In this document: positions 1 through 14,718 of the stretch, piece by piece
Layout of the letters: each line of letters begins with the position of its first letter
How positions within the stretch are numbered: position 1 is the first letter of the stretch
Assembly (NCBI RefSeq): GCF_009914755.1
Contig: NC_060931.1
Direction: 5' to 3' (one strand)
Source: the human T2T-CHM13v2.0 reference genome, Homo sapiens
DNA: 64,000 nucleotides
Program-made: the position numbers and the translations under genes
Notes under the pieces: model-generated
Seen by the model: the letters and a program-made list of their open reading frames with translations, nothing else
Database searches by the model: none
Told to the model about the DNA's origin: nothing

Positions 1-70
1 TCTTGTCTATTTTTCTATTAGACTATTTCCCTACTTAAAAATTAAGGTTATCAAACCTTTGACTGTCAAA

Positions 71-785
71 TGTGAAAATAACATTTAAAAGCTGTCCAAA
101 AAAACAACCACTTTAAGCCTTCAGAAAGATGTAACTGTGATCTGAGTCACATATGGTTACAACTTCCATTCTCAGATTACAGATTAACTTGCTTTCTTAT
201 TTTTCTTGTTCAGTACAATGACTACAGAATTAAACACTGTCAGGCACAAAAACTTCCTGCCTTTTTTTTTTCCCAGAGACCGGGTCTCACTTTGTCACCC
301 AAGCTAGGGTAGAGTGGCACAATCATGGCTCACTGCAGCCTCGAACTCATGGGATTCAGCAATCCTCCTGCCTCAGCCTCCAGAGTAGCTGAAACTACAG
401 GTGTGAGCCTGCCTTTGTAGTTAATAACCCCTGTTAAAGATTAACTTTCCCTGTGTTGTTTTACTTTGCTTAGATCAGACTATAGAAAACCTGTCATTAT
501 TATACCCTCTGTTTAAAAAAAAAGTTAAATGTACCCTTCCCCAAAAGAAATACCACCTATAACCAATCAAACTGCTGTGACTATGTGCCAATCCGTATGA
601 ATAATGTTGTATTCCTGCTAAAAATGTCTCTGTCTCTGCCCATATAAATGAAACCTAAATTTCCCTACTTCCAAAGGCTGACTTCATTCCTTTGGAGTTG
701 GTGTTCCTGAGTGGTCTACCCTCACACTTTGTGCTTGAATAAACGCTATTTAGATTCTGATCCTTTTGATTATTTTAAGTTAACA
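71..785 (+). mobile_element. ERV-type solo LTR (subfamily unresolved) interrupted by an Alu monomer
   Basis: TG start, CCAAT/TATA-like motifs, AATAAA near 738, ...ttaagttaaca end. Confidence 0.55.
262..408 (-). mobile_element. FLAM/AluJ monomer
   Basis: Alu monomer homology; cctgccttt flanking repeat. Confidence 0.8.
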
Positions 786-1483
786 CATATGTGTGACAAA
801 GTATTTTGATATAATTTGTTGTGTATTCTGTCAGAAAGAATTTTTAAACTTTTATGTATTTAAATATGTTGATATTTTCCTTTATTTCTTCTGCACTTTC
901 TGTCTTGTCTCTGAAGGTCTTCCACACCTCAAAACTATAGTCTCCTAAAATTTCTTCTAATATTATTAACTGCATTTTCCACTTAGCTCTTCCACCCTAA
1001 TTTTGTTCTCTTTGAAATACCCAATTATATTAAAATCATTTATCACGTAAACATCCCTTTTACCAGTGAAATGAAATTCAGCCTTTGTCTTATATTAATT
1101 CCTTACAATGATAGACTCTGTTCTATTTCATTCAACTGACTGAATTCTGTATTTTTTTGTATCACACTATTTTTATTACTGTAGCATTATGGTAATTTTA
1201 ACACATGATTTTAAAAAGCTCCCCACCCCCAACTACTCTTATTTTTAAGATTTTTTAGGTAATTCCTACCAACTTATTCTTACATATAACATCTGAACCA
1301 GTCTCCCAACCCTGCTCCCCAACCCAAGAAAAAATTGTCAGGCTTCTGATCAGAATGACATTAAATTTATATATAATTTGGGTTGGGAAGGGCTGTCATT
1401 TATATGATGGTCATTCAGTTGCACAGTATATTTCTTTCCATTTACTCAATTCTAATTGTATTCCTTTAAATAAAAATTTTTGG

Positions 1484-1780
1484 GGCCAGCCACGGTGGCT
1501 CATGCCTGTACTGTAATCTCAGCACTTTGGGAGGCCAAGTCGGGTGGATCACTTGAGGCCAGGAGTTCGAGACCAGCCTGCCCAACATGATGAAACACTG
1601 TCTCTACAAAAAAAAAAAAAAATTAGCCATGTGGTGGCGCATGACTGTAGTCCTAGCTACTCAGGAGGCTGAGAGTCAAGAATCGTTTGAACCAGGAAGG
1701 CGGAGGCTACAATAAGCTGAGATTGCGCCACGGCACTCCAGCCCGGGTGACAGAGTGAAACTGTCTCAAAAAATAATAAA
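1484..1780 (+). mobile_element. AluS
   Basis: Full dimer with A tail. Confidence 0.92.
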
Positions 1781-4739
1781 TTTTTTTTTTGGACAACCAA
1801 TGTAAGAGTCAAGTACCAAGTTAAACTTCTAGAAATACAAAGAGAACATGATAAAATCTGATCACAGTGGAAAATTTTAATTCTTTCATAATCTGACAGG
1901 TCAAGTAAGCTAAAGGAAACATATTAGGGATCTGAAGGAGATAATCAACAAGCTCAATATTGTGACTATACAGAGATTACACATCATTTTCTTATGTCAC
2001 TGGGACATCTAGTTGCAAAGGCACCTCATTCTCTGATTAGAAGCTAAAACAACCTAAAACACAAGAAAGATGAGTTTTTTAAAAAATGACACGGGGAATT
2101 TAATGTAAAATTTCCTTTTAAAAATTCTCTGGAACGAGGAATAAAAATGGAAATTTAATAACTTTAATTTTCTAAATGGCAGAGTAAAGGTAGAGAAAGA
2201 ACAAAAGACTCACAAATCCAATTCCCTAACCAAATCTCAGGACGAGGTTTGCCTAAGAAGTCGCATACCCTCACTCAGCTGCCATACAACCTGGGAGGCT
2301 CTGAGGTTGGACAATTTCCTGAGGGCAGAGCCACTGTAACTACATTCCTTTTTCACCAAATTACTAAAATACAGGTTATGGTCCAACATCTTCCATGAAT
2401 ATGGGCTCAGCTTTGCTTAACTAACAAAAGAGGCAGATTTTTTCTAGTACACTTTTGAGAACTGCAAAGCTAGAGGAGGAGAATAAAATTTGTTTATCTA
2501 CAAGGAATGTTCTGAGTTAGAATCAATGTGAAATGATATGACTTGAAACAAATCTAAACTAGTGTTCTCGACATCCACCCTCTCACCCCAATGCATACAG
2601 GCTACTAAGTAAGTGCTGTTATTTTGCTAAACAGAAAAGATGCAGCAATCAGAATACCTAAAATTTTAAAAAAAATTTTTCCCATTATAGTTGATCAGTT
2701 GATATTTCAGCATTCCCTAGTGGTTAAAAAAAAAAAAAGTCTCTCCTGCAATATTACCACCAACTGTCAGAAAATATGAAAGCTCCTATTGTGCAAATTT
2801 TAAAACATTCTAAGCTTGCTAAACATTTACCACATTTACTCATACATCTCACTCACCTAAACCTTGATTTTTCTTAGACATAAAATGAGGGGATAATAAA
2901 AAATAAAGCTAAAAAGGACCTAAAAATACTTTACAGTTCTAAAATTTAAGAATGCTATAATTCTCTTCTTTCCTACCTACTATAGTTGTATAGATTTAAA
3001 TCAATTATCAAGTTTTGATAGGTTTCATTAATCATTGAGATTTTTATCTCTATTTACAAAAATGATGAACCATCCAAAGTTAAACTTTTGAAGAGAAAAA
3101 AGTAATCAGAGTTCATTCAAAACTATATTAAATAACTCTTACGAGTTAAGTTTTCTTATTGTTGTATAAATGCTTAAGAAAGAGAAAATGGAGAAAAATT
3201 TGGAAATAACCAAATTAAGATAATTTCCAATCTTAAGTTGGAGATTGAAGGCTTGAGCACCTTCCTGGCCCAATGAAGAAATGCCAAGCAGGCCTGGTTC
3301 AGAGCTGAGAACCTTCCCCTATACTCATGGTGGCAGGGGGAGGGGGGATTCACTGGTTACTAAGGAAAGAGATAGGAAAGAAAGATGAGGAATGAGGATA
3401 AGAATCGGGAAGGGTGAGAAAAATTCTCAGCTTGGTCGTTTCCAGTCTGTTTCAAGCAAGTCATTAACGCCTTTAATTTAACTCTCTATCTGCCAGTTCT
3501 AACAGAAGTTTTCATTTATTAGATTGTGAACTCCTCAATTCACCCATGGTGCCAAGGACCAAGGCTTGTCCATGAAAGAGAGTGAAAGGGTACCTGAAAA
3601 CAGAACTGTTCAATCAAAAGACTGCTGGCATTCCTTTTTTGAAAGCTTGTAGCCAAACACACCACACCTCATGTCACACCAGGCAGGGCCATGTGTTCAG
3701 GTGAGCCTCTGCTCTGACCCAACCACCACACCCCTCAACTCCTATGCAGACCTCTCCACTGTGTGCTCCAGGCCCTTCATTCCATGGTGAACAACTACCT
3801 ATCCAACACCCGCAGCCTCTTCCCAGATGCTTCCTCCTTCTCCTGCCTGGAAATATCACTCTCCTCTGAACAAATGCTTCCCCTGGAGCCTCCCCTACAA
3901 TTCTGCCTCCTAGTATCCCAGAGTCTGTCCACTTCCCTCCATCCCACCACCATCATACCAGCTCAGGCTCCCATCGTCTTCCCCTGGGCTGCTACAGCCT
4001 CCGACACCCCCTACCCAAAGCCTGCTCCCTCTACACTGCAGAGTGTGTTGTCTTTAACAATGAATGGACCCAATCCCACTCCATGCACACAGCCCTTCAA
4101 TGGCATCCCTGCCCACAAGGTCAAATCCAAACACCAAAACATATCCGAAATGCCTCGCAGGATCTGGCCCCTGCATACACCTCAACTCCTTTCACTATTC
4201 TTCCTCCTACCCACACTCTGCTCTCCAGCTACACGGTCCTCATCACAGTTCCTCAAATGATAAGACCACACTGACAACAGTGTGCAGAGCAGCCTGGGAG
4301 CAAGACTGGTGGGGAGCAGAGCCACATGAGCTGATGCAGAGTCATCCCAGGGGGATGGGCTGGCAGAGAAGTGGAAGGACGCCAGAGATACTCTGAAGCA
4401 GGACAGTAATAATAGGATTTTGTGACTCCTTGGATTACAGAGGAAAGAGGAAAGTCATGGCTATCTCTTAGAGGTCAGACTGGGCATTAGAGTAGACAGA
4501 AGTGTCATTTGCTGAGAGAGTGAAGGCATAAAAAGGGGAAGGTTTTGGAGAAAAGATGCCAATACTGCCAACCAATAACTTTCATCAATTTATGCATATT
4601 AAATAAAAATACTTATCTTTTAAATATTCATATACAACTGTTAGACCAAATGGATTTGATTAAAGATGTGTTAGCAGGCCAAGTTAATAGTACATTAAAA
4701 AAAAAATGTAGCTGGAAAAGTTTGAGATGGTAGAATTCA

Positions 4740-7130
4740 CAGCCTATTTAAGACGTGTTTTTAGCCAAAAATCCAGGCTGTATAAGCAGTAAATGCTTGA
4801 TTTTTTGAAAATAAATAATAAGAAAATATCATGTAAAACAATGGAAGCAAAACTGGCATAAAATTTAAGAAATTCAACTTTTCCTTAAAACAGGTGGAGG
4901 GCAGTGGAAGAGTGGAAAATTAATACAAAACACTATTCCATTCTGCTACAGAGCCTAAGAATACCTCATAGGCAACTTGGTTGGATCATGGGAAGAGAAG
5001 GTAGAAAGATTAACTGTGTTAATGATGACTATTCACTCCAGATGTAAAGGGGGACATCAAGCAAAATTAAAAAGGGCTTTGACATACAGACTAATCATCC
5101 AGGCCCTCAGGGCTTCTGGAACATATCTAGAAATAAAGCAGCTTAAAAAAAATCTCTCAGGTATCAAAGAAACCACTCTGAATCTCCAATGACCAAAGAA
5201 GATAACAGAGAACAGAAAATTGGAAGATGAAGTATTGTCCTCTGACTAGCCAGTTCCTTATGTGGAAGAAAAGGGATTTTCTGCTGACTACTTATGTCTA
5301 CAAAAGGACATCCAGGCTTTTCTCACAAAAGCTCAGAAACAATGGAGAACTGGGTAGAGACAAGGGCAAATATTCAAAAGTGGGGGAGAAGATCAGGAAC
5401 AGATCAACAGAGGGGCCACAGGGACTCTGGGCAGCCCACATTAAATGTAGAGAAGTTCATGAAAAAGATCATTTAAAAGTTCTGTTCAAAAAGCGACCTC
5501 ATCGCCAGAGAGGGGATGAAGTAAGGAAAAGGGAACACTGACCCTGCCTCAGAAAGTGTGTGCTCAGCCCTCACGCATAAGTGTCTGCATATGACCAGGG
5601 GTGAGGGGGAGGAGTAGTCAATGGCACTGGGTGTCACTTCTGCACTGACGTGAAGAATCAGATATGTCTCCCGGACTCTGGCCACAGGCAGAAGCAGCTG
5701 AGGCTGGTAAACTAAAAAGCAACAACATGAAAGGAGCCTGAGTCTCCCTAAACAAAGCAGTTTACAGTCTCATCATGCTGTAATAAAAGCCACTAGTCAG
5801 TTAAGACCCATCCACTTTGCAATCTTCCAACCAGCTCCTCATTCTTAGATACAAATGTCAAGCTAGGAATCAGCAGGCTGTTGGGGATGGAAGCTTCCAA
5901 TGTGAAAAATAGAAACTAATACAAATTGAAGGGGGACCTAGAGGTAACAAAGACAATGCAACAGGCAGAGAAATTTTCAAACTCAAGATTCTTTAGGTTG
6001 GAAACTAACAGAAATGACAATAAAATGTAAAAATAAAATAAGGGAGAAAAACCCTGAGAAAATTCGACTTCAAGAAGTCCAATATCAATAACTTTCAAGA
6101 AAACAGGAAAAAAAAAAATGGAGAAGAGAAAGTCATTAGGGAAATAATACTAAAAAAAGTTTTCCTCCAAAGTGAAGTAAGTGCCCAGATAGAGCACACA
6201 AAGTATGCGATGAGAAGGATGAAATATCTACCACATCATGAACTTTTTGGGGACTAAAGAGAGAAAGATGAACCCAAAAGCTGCCAGAGGAAAACAACTA
6301 ACCACACACAAAAGGAACTAACGGTAGAACAGCACCAGACTTTTGAAAAGCTACACTCCATCTTAGAATACAGTCGAACAAAGCCTTTAAAAGTCTGAGG
6401 AAAAATAAAAATCAACAACCAGGCAAACCAGTAATTTAGTACAAAAATAAAAAAGGAAATGTTCAAACATGCCAGACAAATGTATTTTAAAACTATCTCT
6501 GTGACTCTCTTGGAAATTACCTGAGGATATAATCCTCGAAAGGATGAAACAGACCAGAAAGAGACCAACCTGGGGTCCAAAACACAATGAATCCAATGCC
6601 AGAGAGGAAAGGGGAATTCTCAGGATGGTGGTAAACAAAACTCCCAGGGAATCGCTATACGGAAGCCCAGGGAAGGACGGGTCTAGGATGGAACCAGAGA
6701 CAGAGGCTCCAGGAGGGAGGCCCCAGGGGATAGGAGTGGGAGAATTGAAATAATGGATTTTATACATTTGACAAAGTATAAAATAAGCGTTTACAGTTCA
6801 GTTGTAGATCTGGAGAGCAATTAATCAGCATACAGAACACCAAGGAAAACAAAATATTAGCAATAATTAACTACAGGAAAAATTTTAAGTTACCAAATAA
6901 ACAATTATTTATACTACTTAATTCAGCAGTAAGCAATATTTTTACAGTCATAATAACGTAACTGTGGACTATTGTTTTACGTATCAGAATTGCTGAGATT
7001 TCAAAGATCTGAAAGTGGCTTTCCCTAGACAAAGGGATAGATGGGGTGGGGAAGACAGATGGGGCAAGGGACCACTGACGTACTTGATGATAAAAAGTTG
7101 AATAATGCCAAAAGATATGCATGTATATAT
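4740..7130 (+). mobile_element. Ancient L1 (L1M-type) 5'/ORF1 fragments
   Basis: A-rich decayed L1-like sequence; boundaries approximate. Confidence 0.45.
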
Positions 7131-8039
7131 AAAGCAGTGAAAATTCAGTTTAAAAACATACTAATAAGTAATATACCCATTGTAGAGCACATTAATAGAA
7201 AGAAATTTGTTCAATTACTTATTTGGAGACCTCTTGATATTTGTCAAAAAATACTTATAAGGAAGAAATCATAAAAATGTTCCAGATAACATTAAAATAG
7301 ATGTTTGTATTCACCACCAAAAGAAATAATACAGTATATTTTAACCTTGGCTTGAAAACATTAAAGAAGAACCTTCCAAAAAAAAAGAGAAATTTTCCAT
7401 ACTGAAATTACCAACTACAAACTACCAGACCATGCGAAGGTATGGAGTTACAGTCATCTTACCTGGAGAATGAGGAGTCGGGGAAATGTGTAATCGCAAA
7501 AGCAGACATTTAAGAAACCGCCACCCAACACGCTGTATGTTACCTTTCCCTCCAATGTGTCGTTAGTTCAATAAATGAGTCTAAGTAAAATTAACTGAGG
7601 AAACTATTAGAATAATTATAAAATTACATGTATGACAGCTAAAAATGGAGCAAAATAGGATCCTGAAAAATGACAATATTAGAAAGAGTAAACTTCCACC
7701 TATCAAACCAAAACAATGCATACAGAAATATCAGCTGAAGAAGAGCAAAATCCTGGGACTTCAGAATCCTTCAGAAATGAATTATTACAGAACAGTAATA
7801 TTCTGGAACATGAGAACAGAAAAGAGAACGGAAAGTCTAGATCCTTCTTAGTGTCGTGTATCTTTAAAACATTTTAACATTTTAAGTAAAACTTTTTATG
7901 AAATATAAATACTCACTTTGGAAATGGAATAAACACTTTTTTCTTCATTATGCAGGATCTTTAAACAAAAATTAACTAAAGCTGCAGACAATTTAATTGC
8001 TGTGGAAAGAACACTTTAAATGTATTCTCAAAGACAGTA

Positions 8040-8339
8040 GGCCAGGCGTTGTGGCTCACGCCTGTAATCCCAGCACTCTGGGAGGCCAAGGCAGGTAGAT
8101 CACGAGGTCAGGAGATCGAGACCATCCTGGCTAACATGGTGAAACCCCGCCTCTACTAAAAATACAAAAAATTAGCTGGGATTGGTGGCGGGCACCTGTA
8201 GTCCCAGCTACTCGGGAGGCTGAGGCAGGAGAACAGCATAAGTAAACCCGGGAGGCGGAGCTTGCAGTGAGCCTAGATCATACCACTGCAGTCCAGCCTG
8301 GGCGACAGAGCAAGACTCCATCTCAAAAAAAAAAAAAAA
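8040..8339 (+). mobile_element. AluY/Sc
   Basis: Full dimer; TSD aaagacagta. Confidence 0.92.
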
Positions 8340-8349
8340 GACAGTAGAG

Positions 8350-8550
8350 CACACACTTTGGAGCCATTGTCAGTACTCAAATCCCTACTCTGCCAATGAC
8401 TAGCCCTGTGACCTTGGCAAGCTATTTAATATCCTTGTATCTCAGTTTCCTCATCTATAAAGTGGTTTACCTATCTCATCTGGTAACCATATGGATTAAA
8501 TGAGTTTCTGATTGTAAAGAGCTTAGACTACAGTCTCACACATAAGCATT
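8350..8550 (+). mobile_element. MIR
   Basis: Core tgtgaccttggcaag...ctcagtttcctcatctataaa. Confidence 0.75.
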
Positions 8551-9229
8551 TTACACATACTGAATTTCTCCAATCAACAACAGTCTTCAAGAAAGATTGG
8601 AATCTGCAGAGGGAAAGCTTCAGAATGAGTCCACTGGAAAAATACTTCCTAAATTGGTAAATGCTAGTAAAGCTTATGTGATAGATAATATATTTTTATT
8701 GTGCCTTTCATATATGGCAACCATAAGCTAAGTTTTTCTTTCAATATTTTATTAATTATGAATTTATTCAATCAAAAAATATTTTGGAAGGCAAGCATTC
8801 TTCTGGGTCCTTTGCAAACACTACCTTATTCCATTCTCACATAGAAGACAGAGTCTCTTAAACTCATTTAGGTGTTCTCCCCTCTACTCAATCACTTCTT
8901 TAAAAATTGTCTATAATCTTCCATTTTAGTTAACCTAATAAAACACTGCACCTCCCTTTTACAACCCTAAAAGACCTCTGTTACTTTATATTTTCTTTTA
9001 CATCTAAAGGCAAACCAAAGAACTGGCAGTCACTCTAAGTTCTGCTCACATCATTTATTCAAATTATATAAGAACTCAACCTTAATAGATTCCACCCACA
9101 ATTTAGAGCTTCTATACAGCTTTTTTCGGTCTTCTAGCCTTAATCATGACAGCCTAAGTTTGCCAGACATCTAAGGAAAGCACCTAACATGGAAGGTAGA
9201 GACCAAAAGATGTTTAAAAAAACAAGCTA

Positions 9230-9539
9230 GGCTGGGCACGGTGGCTCAGACCTGTAATCCCAGCACTTTGTGAGGCTGAGGCGAGTGGATCACCAGGTCA
9301 AGAGATTGAGACAATCCTGGCCAACATGGTGAAACCCCATCTCAACTAAAAAATACAAAAATTGGCTGGGCGTGGTGGCGCGTGCCTGTAGTCCCAGCTA
9401 CTTGGGAGGCTGAGGCAAGAGAAAATTGCTTGAACCCAGGGGGCGAAGGTTGCAGTGAGCCGAGATCATGCGATTGCACTCCAGCCTGGTAACAGAGTGA
9501 GACTCCGGCTCAAAACAAACAAACAAACAAAAAAAAAAA
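9230..9539 (+). mobile_element. AluSc
   Basis: Full dimer, (AAAC)n tail, TSD acaagcta. Confidence 0.92.
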
Positions 9540-9544
9540 CACAA

Positions 9545-10450
9545 GCTAGAAGATGCCAAGATTATTCTGGGAGGGTAAAAACATCATTAATACCCTTAGA
9601 GAGAAAATGTGTTGAATCCATGAAACAAAAATAAAATACTATTTTTTAGAAAGGAATGTTTATAGAACAAACAAAACTACTTGGAAATTAAAAGCATGAC
9701 AATGAAAAATAAAAACTCATTAGAACAGCTGGAAAAAATAAGGCTGATAAAATGTTCTAGAATGTAAAACAAAGCCAAAGAGCTTAAAAATGGGGGGAAA
9801 AAAAGAAAATAAAATAAAATTAGAGGACTGGGAACTATGAACATCCAAACAATAAAAGTTCTGAATCAGAAAACAAAGGGAATGAAATAAGTATAGAAAT
9901 AATTCAAGAAAATTCCCAGAAATCAAAGGCATGAGTTACAAGATTGAAACAACCCATCAAGTGTCTAAGAGAACACATGAAAGCAGATCTACACTGAGAT
10001 GGTATTGCTCTGAAATTTCAGAACCATAGAGACAAAGAAGATATTCTACAATCTTCCAGAGAGAGGAAGGGGAAGCAAAGGTCACATACAAAGGTTTAGA
10101 AACCCAAATAACTTCGGAACATCTGAATGGCACCATCTGAAGCAACCGACAATGTTTTCAAGTCTAGAGTTCAATACTTGGCCAAACAGTGAACCAAATA
10201 CGAAAGCAAATAAAGACATTTTCAAATATGCAAAGTTTCATAAATGTTTACCTCCCAGCTATCTACTCTCAAGACCTACTTACTAGAAGATGAAGTCTAC
10301 CAAAGTGAGAAAATAAACCAAGAAAGAAGAACAAACAGGATAAGGGCACAGGAGATCCAACAGGGGAGAGCAGTCAAGGAAATCCCAATGAGATGCCAAG
10401 AGGACAGATGTACACAAACCATGGAAGGTAGCCAGTCCAGAACCAAGTAC
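9545..10450 (+). mobile_element. Ancient L1ME-type ORF1 fragment
   Basis: aataattcaagaaaattcccagaa, gaaatttcagaac and similar decayed ORF1 motifs. Confidence 0.55.
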
Positions 10451-12595
10451 TTACTGACTCATGCCCAAAATCTCCACATTTTATTTGTGTGAGCCTGGAT
10501 GAGCCTGGACCAGATTCTTGTCTGTATTTTATCTTGGCTCCAAATGCTTTACTGCTGGCATCAGTTAAAGACACTTATGTCACTCACAGAAGTTGTTCTG
10601 CTTTGATATGCTCCAGAGAGCCAGGGTAAACAGTGGTGAATTTAGAAAGAGGGAACAGCTCTTCCCCTCATGATATTTCTGCTGGATATTCAGTACCTGG
10701 CTACTACATTTCTGCCAGATGTCCCTACCGACTGAGTCCCACATTTATCCCAGGACTAGCTCATGACCTTGCCTACTGATGTCTTTAGGAATCAGGCTCC
10801 TGGTTGAAAATCTATATGGGATTTCTCAGGCCTGGCCATATGCAAGGCTTTGCCTGGCAGGCCTCACAGGGAAAAGAAGACCTTCACACACCAGGCTTGG
10901 TGCAGAGCCAGCGTACTGTAGTCTCTCAGGGGAGTTGCAGTCAATGACTCAGCCATTTCTGGGTGATAAAGCTCTTCTTATATTTGCCTTCCTAGCCCAG
11001 GCACCTTTATTTCCTGGTCCCATTCTCTGCTGGCAGAGAGGGGCTCCTTGAAGAGGTTGCTCCCCACTCTGACTCAGACTCTGCACTCTTTGGCTCCTGG
11101 CCCTTCTCCTTTGCCCCACCACCTCAAGAACCATAAACTGCAGGAGCCTTTTGTTCCCTTTTGATGGGGGTGAGACATCCTGATCGTCACATCTCACTTA
11201 TACCATTACAGTAAATGATTAAAGGCTTAATTCTCACTTTTGCCTTGTCGCTTTAACCAGCCACTCCAATACCTGGCAGCTCAGCTCCCTCCCCTAGCTC
11301 AGCTGCGCTCCTGACAGCCTCAGAAAGTTCCCTCAGGGAACCTAAAGACCATGACTCAGAAATTCTCTTCTTCTGGGAACTTTCATCTAACAAGGGCAAT
11401 AGTGTCCTCCCCTTAAGCAGCTAGGTTTGTGCCTGATACTCAGTTTTTCAAAACTAAACACACCATATTTAATATATACACATGAGTGGCATAATCATAA
11501 AGAAAAACAAGGAAAACATTGGTCCAAAAGTTAGGATGCCATTTCCTCTGAGGGTTGAGGGAAGGAAAGAGAATGCATTAAGAAGGAATTTTAAGGGTAT
11601 GAAAGCTCTGATAATTTATTTATTTTTTTAATCTGTGTCATGGGTATGTAAGTATTCATTTTACTAATCTTTAAAAATGTATATAAAGATTTTACACAAT
11701 TCCATAGTCGTAACATTTTACACATAAAAAAGTATTTTTTTTACTAGTTATTTATTTACTGGGTCACAGATAATACACTCATATGATAACAATGCATAAA
11801 ATAAAGTAAGGAATTTCACACAGCTGTTTCTGACAAGAGCCTCAACATAAACTGAAGGGATAATTTAAAAGTTCCAGTAAAAGTATTGCATGCGGTACAA
11901 TAAACCAAAGTCCAAGTAGGCAGCAGTGACTGGGCAGCTATCAGTCAATAATGAGACACTCCACAGGGGCATTGTTCTGTCTGCCCCAGGATGACTCATC
12001 AGCCACACTCACTGCCCACTGTTTTCTCCAGAAGACCTCCTCTGACGGCACTTGATCTAGATGGAATCAAAGGCTAAAGAGTCTAAAAAGCTAATGGGGT
12101 ATTTTGGGGGCAACCTCGGATAGGATACTGAATGGGAAAGAACTCAAAGATTCTAACATAAGATCTAAAAATCAACTTAAGTACTTTTATAATTCTAAGA
12201 CATTTCTCTTACCTTAGGGAAAGGAATTTTTGTCTATCCTTCAGCTCCAGTTTTAAGGAGAGTAGTAGGAACTCTGAAGACAGAGGCAGCAGTAATCAGG
12301 GGAGAACGCTACAAAGAAAATGAAGTTCAAAAAGACAGCACCAGAGTCCTCTCTGGCCAGTCACAGCCCTGGTCTGTGAAAACCCTGGGTGGTTTCATGC
12401 ATCATTTCACCATCCTAAGATTCAAAACAAATCAAGCAATCAAAGGCAGGGCTGCTAAGTAAGCAGCTGCACAAGCAGAGCAGTGGGAGTGGTGAATGGG
12501 ACCAGGGCCTCGCTGCTGGGGAGAGGAGGAAGGGGTGGGAGACTAGATGGGAATAGCAAAGGGACCCAAGGGAAGTCCAGTTAAAAAGTTTTGTT

Positions 12596-12902
12596 GGCCG
12601 GGCGCAGTGGCTCACGCCTGTAATCCCAACATTTTGCGAGGCCGAGGTGGGTGGATCACCTAAGGTCAAGAGTTTGAGACCAGCCTGACCAAAATGGTAA
12701 AACCCTGCCTCTACTAAAAAAAAAAAAAAAAAAAAAAATTAGCTGGGTGTGGTGGTGCACGCCTGTAATCCCAGATACTCAGGAGGCTGAGACAAGAGAA
12801 TTGCTTGAACCCGGGAAGCGGAAAATGCAGTAAGCCATGATGGCACCATTGCACTCCAGCCTGGGCAACAGAGCGAGACTTCGTATCCAAAAAAAAAAAA
12901 AA
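12596..12902 (+). mobile_element. AluS with expanded middle A tract
   Basis: Full dimer; TSD aaaaagttttgt. Confidence 0.92.
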
Positions 12903-14681
12903 GTTTTGTCTTAATTTTGTCATGTGAGAGGGGAGGTAAGGGATGAACACATTCTGAGGCAGATGGGAAGGAACCAGGAAAGCAAGCCTGAAGGACAGCG
13001 ACGGGCAAAGAAGAACTGGCAGCCAGTAGGGATAAATCTAACACCTACAAAGGAATGAGCCTTAAACAAAGGCACTTTTTTCGATGTTTCTCTGATCCCA
13101 CCAGGCCTCTGTATCCCAGTATTGTACTCCCTCTTTTATTTCAGCTAGTCAGTATTTTTGGCACCCTTTTCAAAAGAGAAAGAAAAAAACTCCTGCTCAG
13201 AAACCCTGTTATTGTTTGTACTCATCCTTACATAGCAGTAAAATTTATAATACACAAATTTATAATATATAAACTTTATATACATATGTATTTTTCCAGA
13301 GAACTGTTAAACATATACATTATTTAACAGCTTAATACACTATCCAATCTATTCTTCCTCAACAATGCACCATAACCTAGCTAACCTCGAATTCCAAAAT
13401 AATACTAAAATCACACTAAAGTACAAAGAAAAGCTTTAGAATCACCTGCTTGGTATCTGCCTTAGAGTCCAACGCCAAAAGTTTTTTATATTTATCAATA
13501 AGGGAAACTTAAGCATATATGAATTTCCTCCAGAAGAAACTATGGGGAAAGTTCGAACTGCCCAACAACCAATGCTCCTTCTTACTTGCAGAACAGAGAT
13601 TTCTACACATTGGGTCTTAAGAAACTGGCCTTCAGAAACTGTTAGTCTGTGGCTAAGAAATATCAGGGTATCTTATGAAATAAATAACGGTAAGTATATA
13701 TCAATACAGCTTCAAAAAATAATTAACAATGAGTATTTTTAAAAAAATACTAAAATACTGAGAATTCCAGAAAAAGAATTATACCATGAGTAGGCTGTGT
13801 TTGCAAAACAGATCTCACTTCATCTTCTCAAGTTAGAGCTTGGCAGCCTGGCTCCATTCATCATTTGGCTGTTTTCTATTTTCCCTTCTTCTATTTCTGG
13901 TGAAATGGACTGGCTTACATGGCTTCTAAAAACTTACATGTATATTATTTCAAAACAAATATACTTCTGAATTTAAGATGTCACAGTCAATCTGCCCGCA
14001 AATTTCTAATCTGCTAGACAAATCTCAACTTTTATTTCTCAGTATATAATACAATTTATTTTTTCAATCCTAAAAACAACTTTAGATATCCTCCTCTTTA
14101 TTTTTAACCCATATTTTAAGAAGTCTGCAGCTTTATCCCTTTCATAAAATTACAAGGGTGACTAACCATCAAGGAAGAAAATATTAAGAACTAACTAGTA
14201 ATTTGAAACCTCTAAATGTACTTCAGGTCAAAAAACATACAAAAATGCAATGAAAAACACTGATAGAAAAGAAGTGATAAGAGACTCTATTCAAAATAAT
14301 ATACATCAGGATCAATTGTGGGAAGAACCTTCAGTTTAGGATGCCTTTGAATAGAGCTAAAGAGATGGTTCCGGGTTAAGAAAAAGCCCACAAACAGCAA
14401 AAGGAAAGCTGGAAAAATGAAAACATGTGCTGCTAGTGCAGACCACCATGGGGTCCAAGAGTTGGGTAACACAGAAGGGGCCAGCTAAAGCACAAAGCAG
14501 TCAAGTGGGCAGAGTGAAACAAGCTATAGCCACTGACACTGGAAGAACCAGAGACAGCCATCTGGAAAGACCCAAATGCTCTAAGGTAAAAGCTGCCCTC
14601 ATGCCACCTTAAGCAGTAGTCTACAGACTTTTTTACACCAAAACTACAGTAAGAAGACTTTACACAACTCAGCACACATAC

Positions 14682-14684
<3 letters not shown>

Positions 14685-14713
<29 letters not shown>
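14685..14713. repeat. (TG)n microsatellite
   Basis: About 14 TG units. Confidence 0.9.

Positions 14714-14718
<5 letters not shown>

Noticed and set aside
1781-1935. Poly-T followed by unique sequence (possible retrocopy)
   Set aside because: The T run is explained by expansion within the Alu TSD (aaatttttgg).
3763-4260. 165-aa Pro/Ser-rich ORF
   Set aside because: No recognisable domain; the C-rich sequence resembles a decayed L2-like repeat; non-ATG start.
12013-12056. Possible 44-bp cryptic minus-strand exon (ccatctag|...GCA|gtgagt)
   Set aside because: No DPY19L homology, and splice-like motifs arise often by chance; needs RNA evidence.
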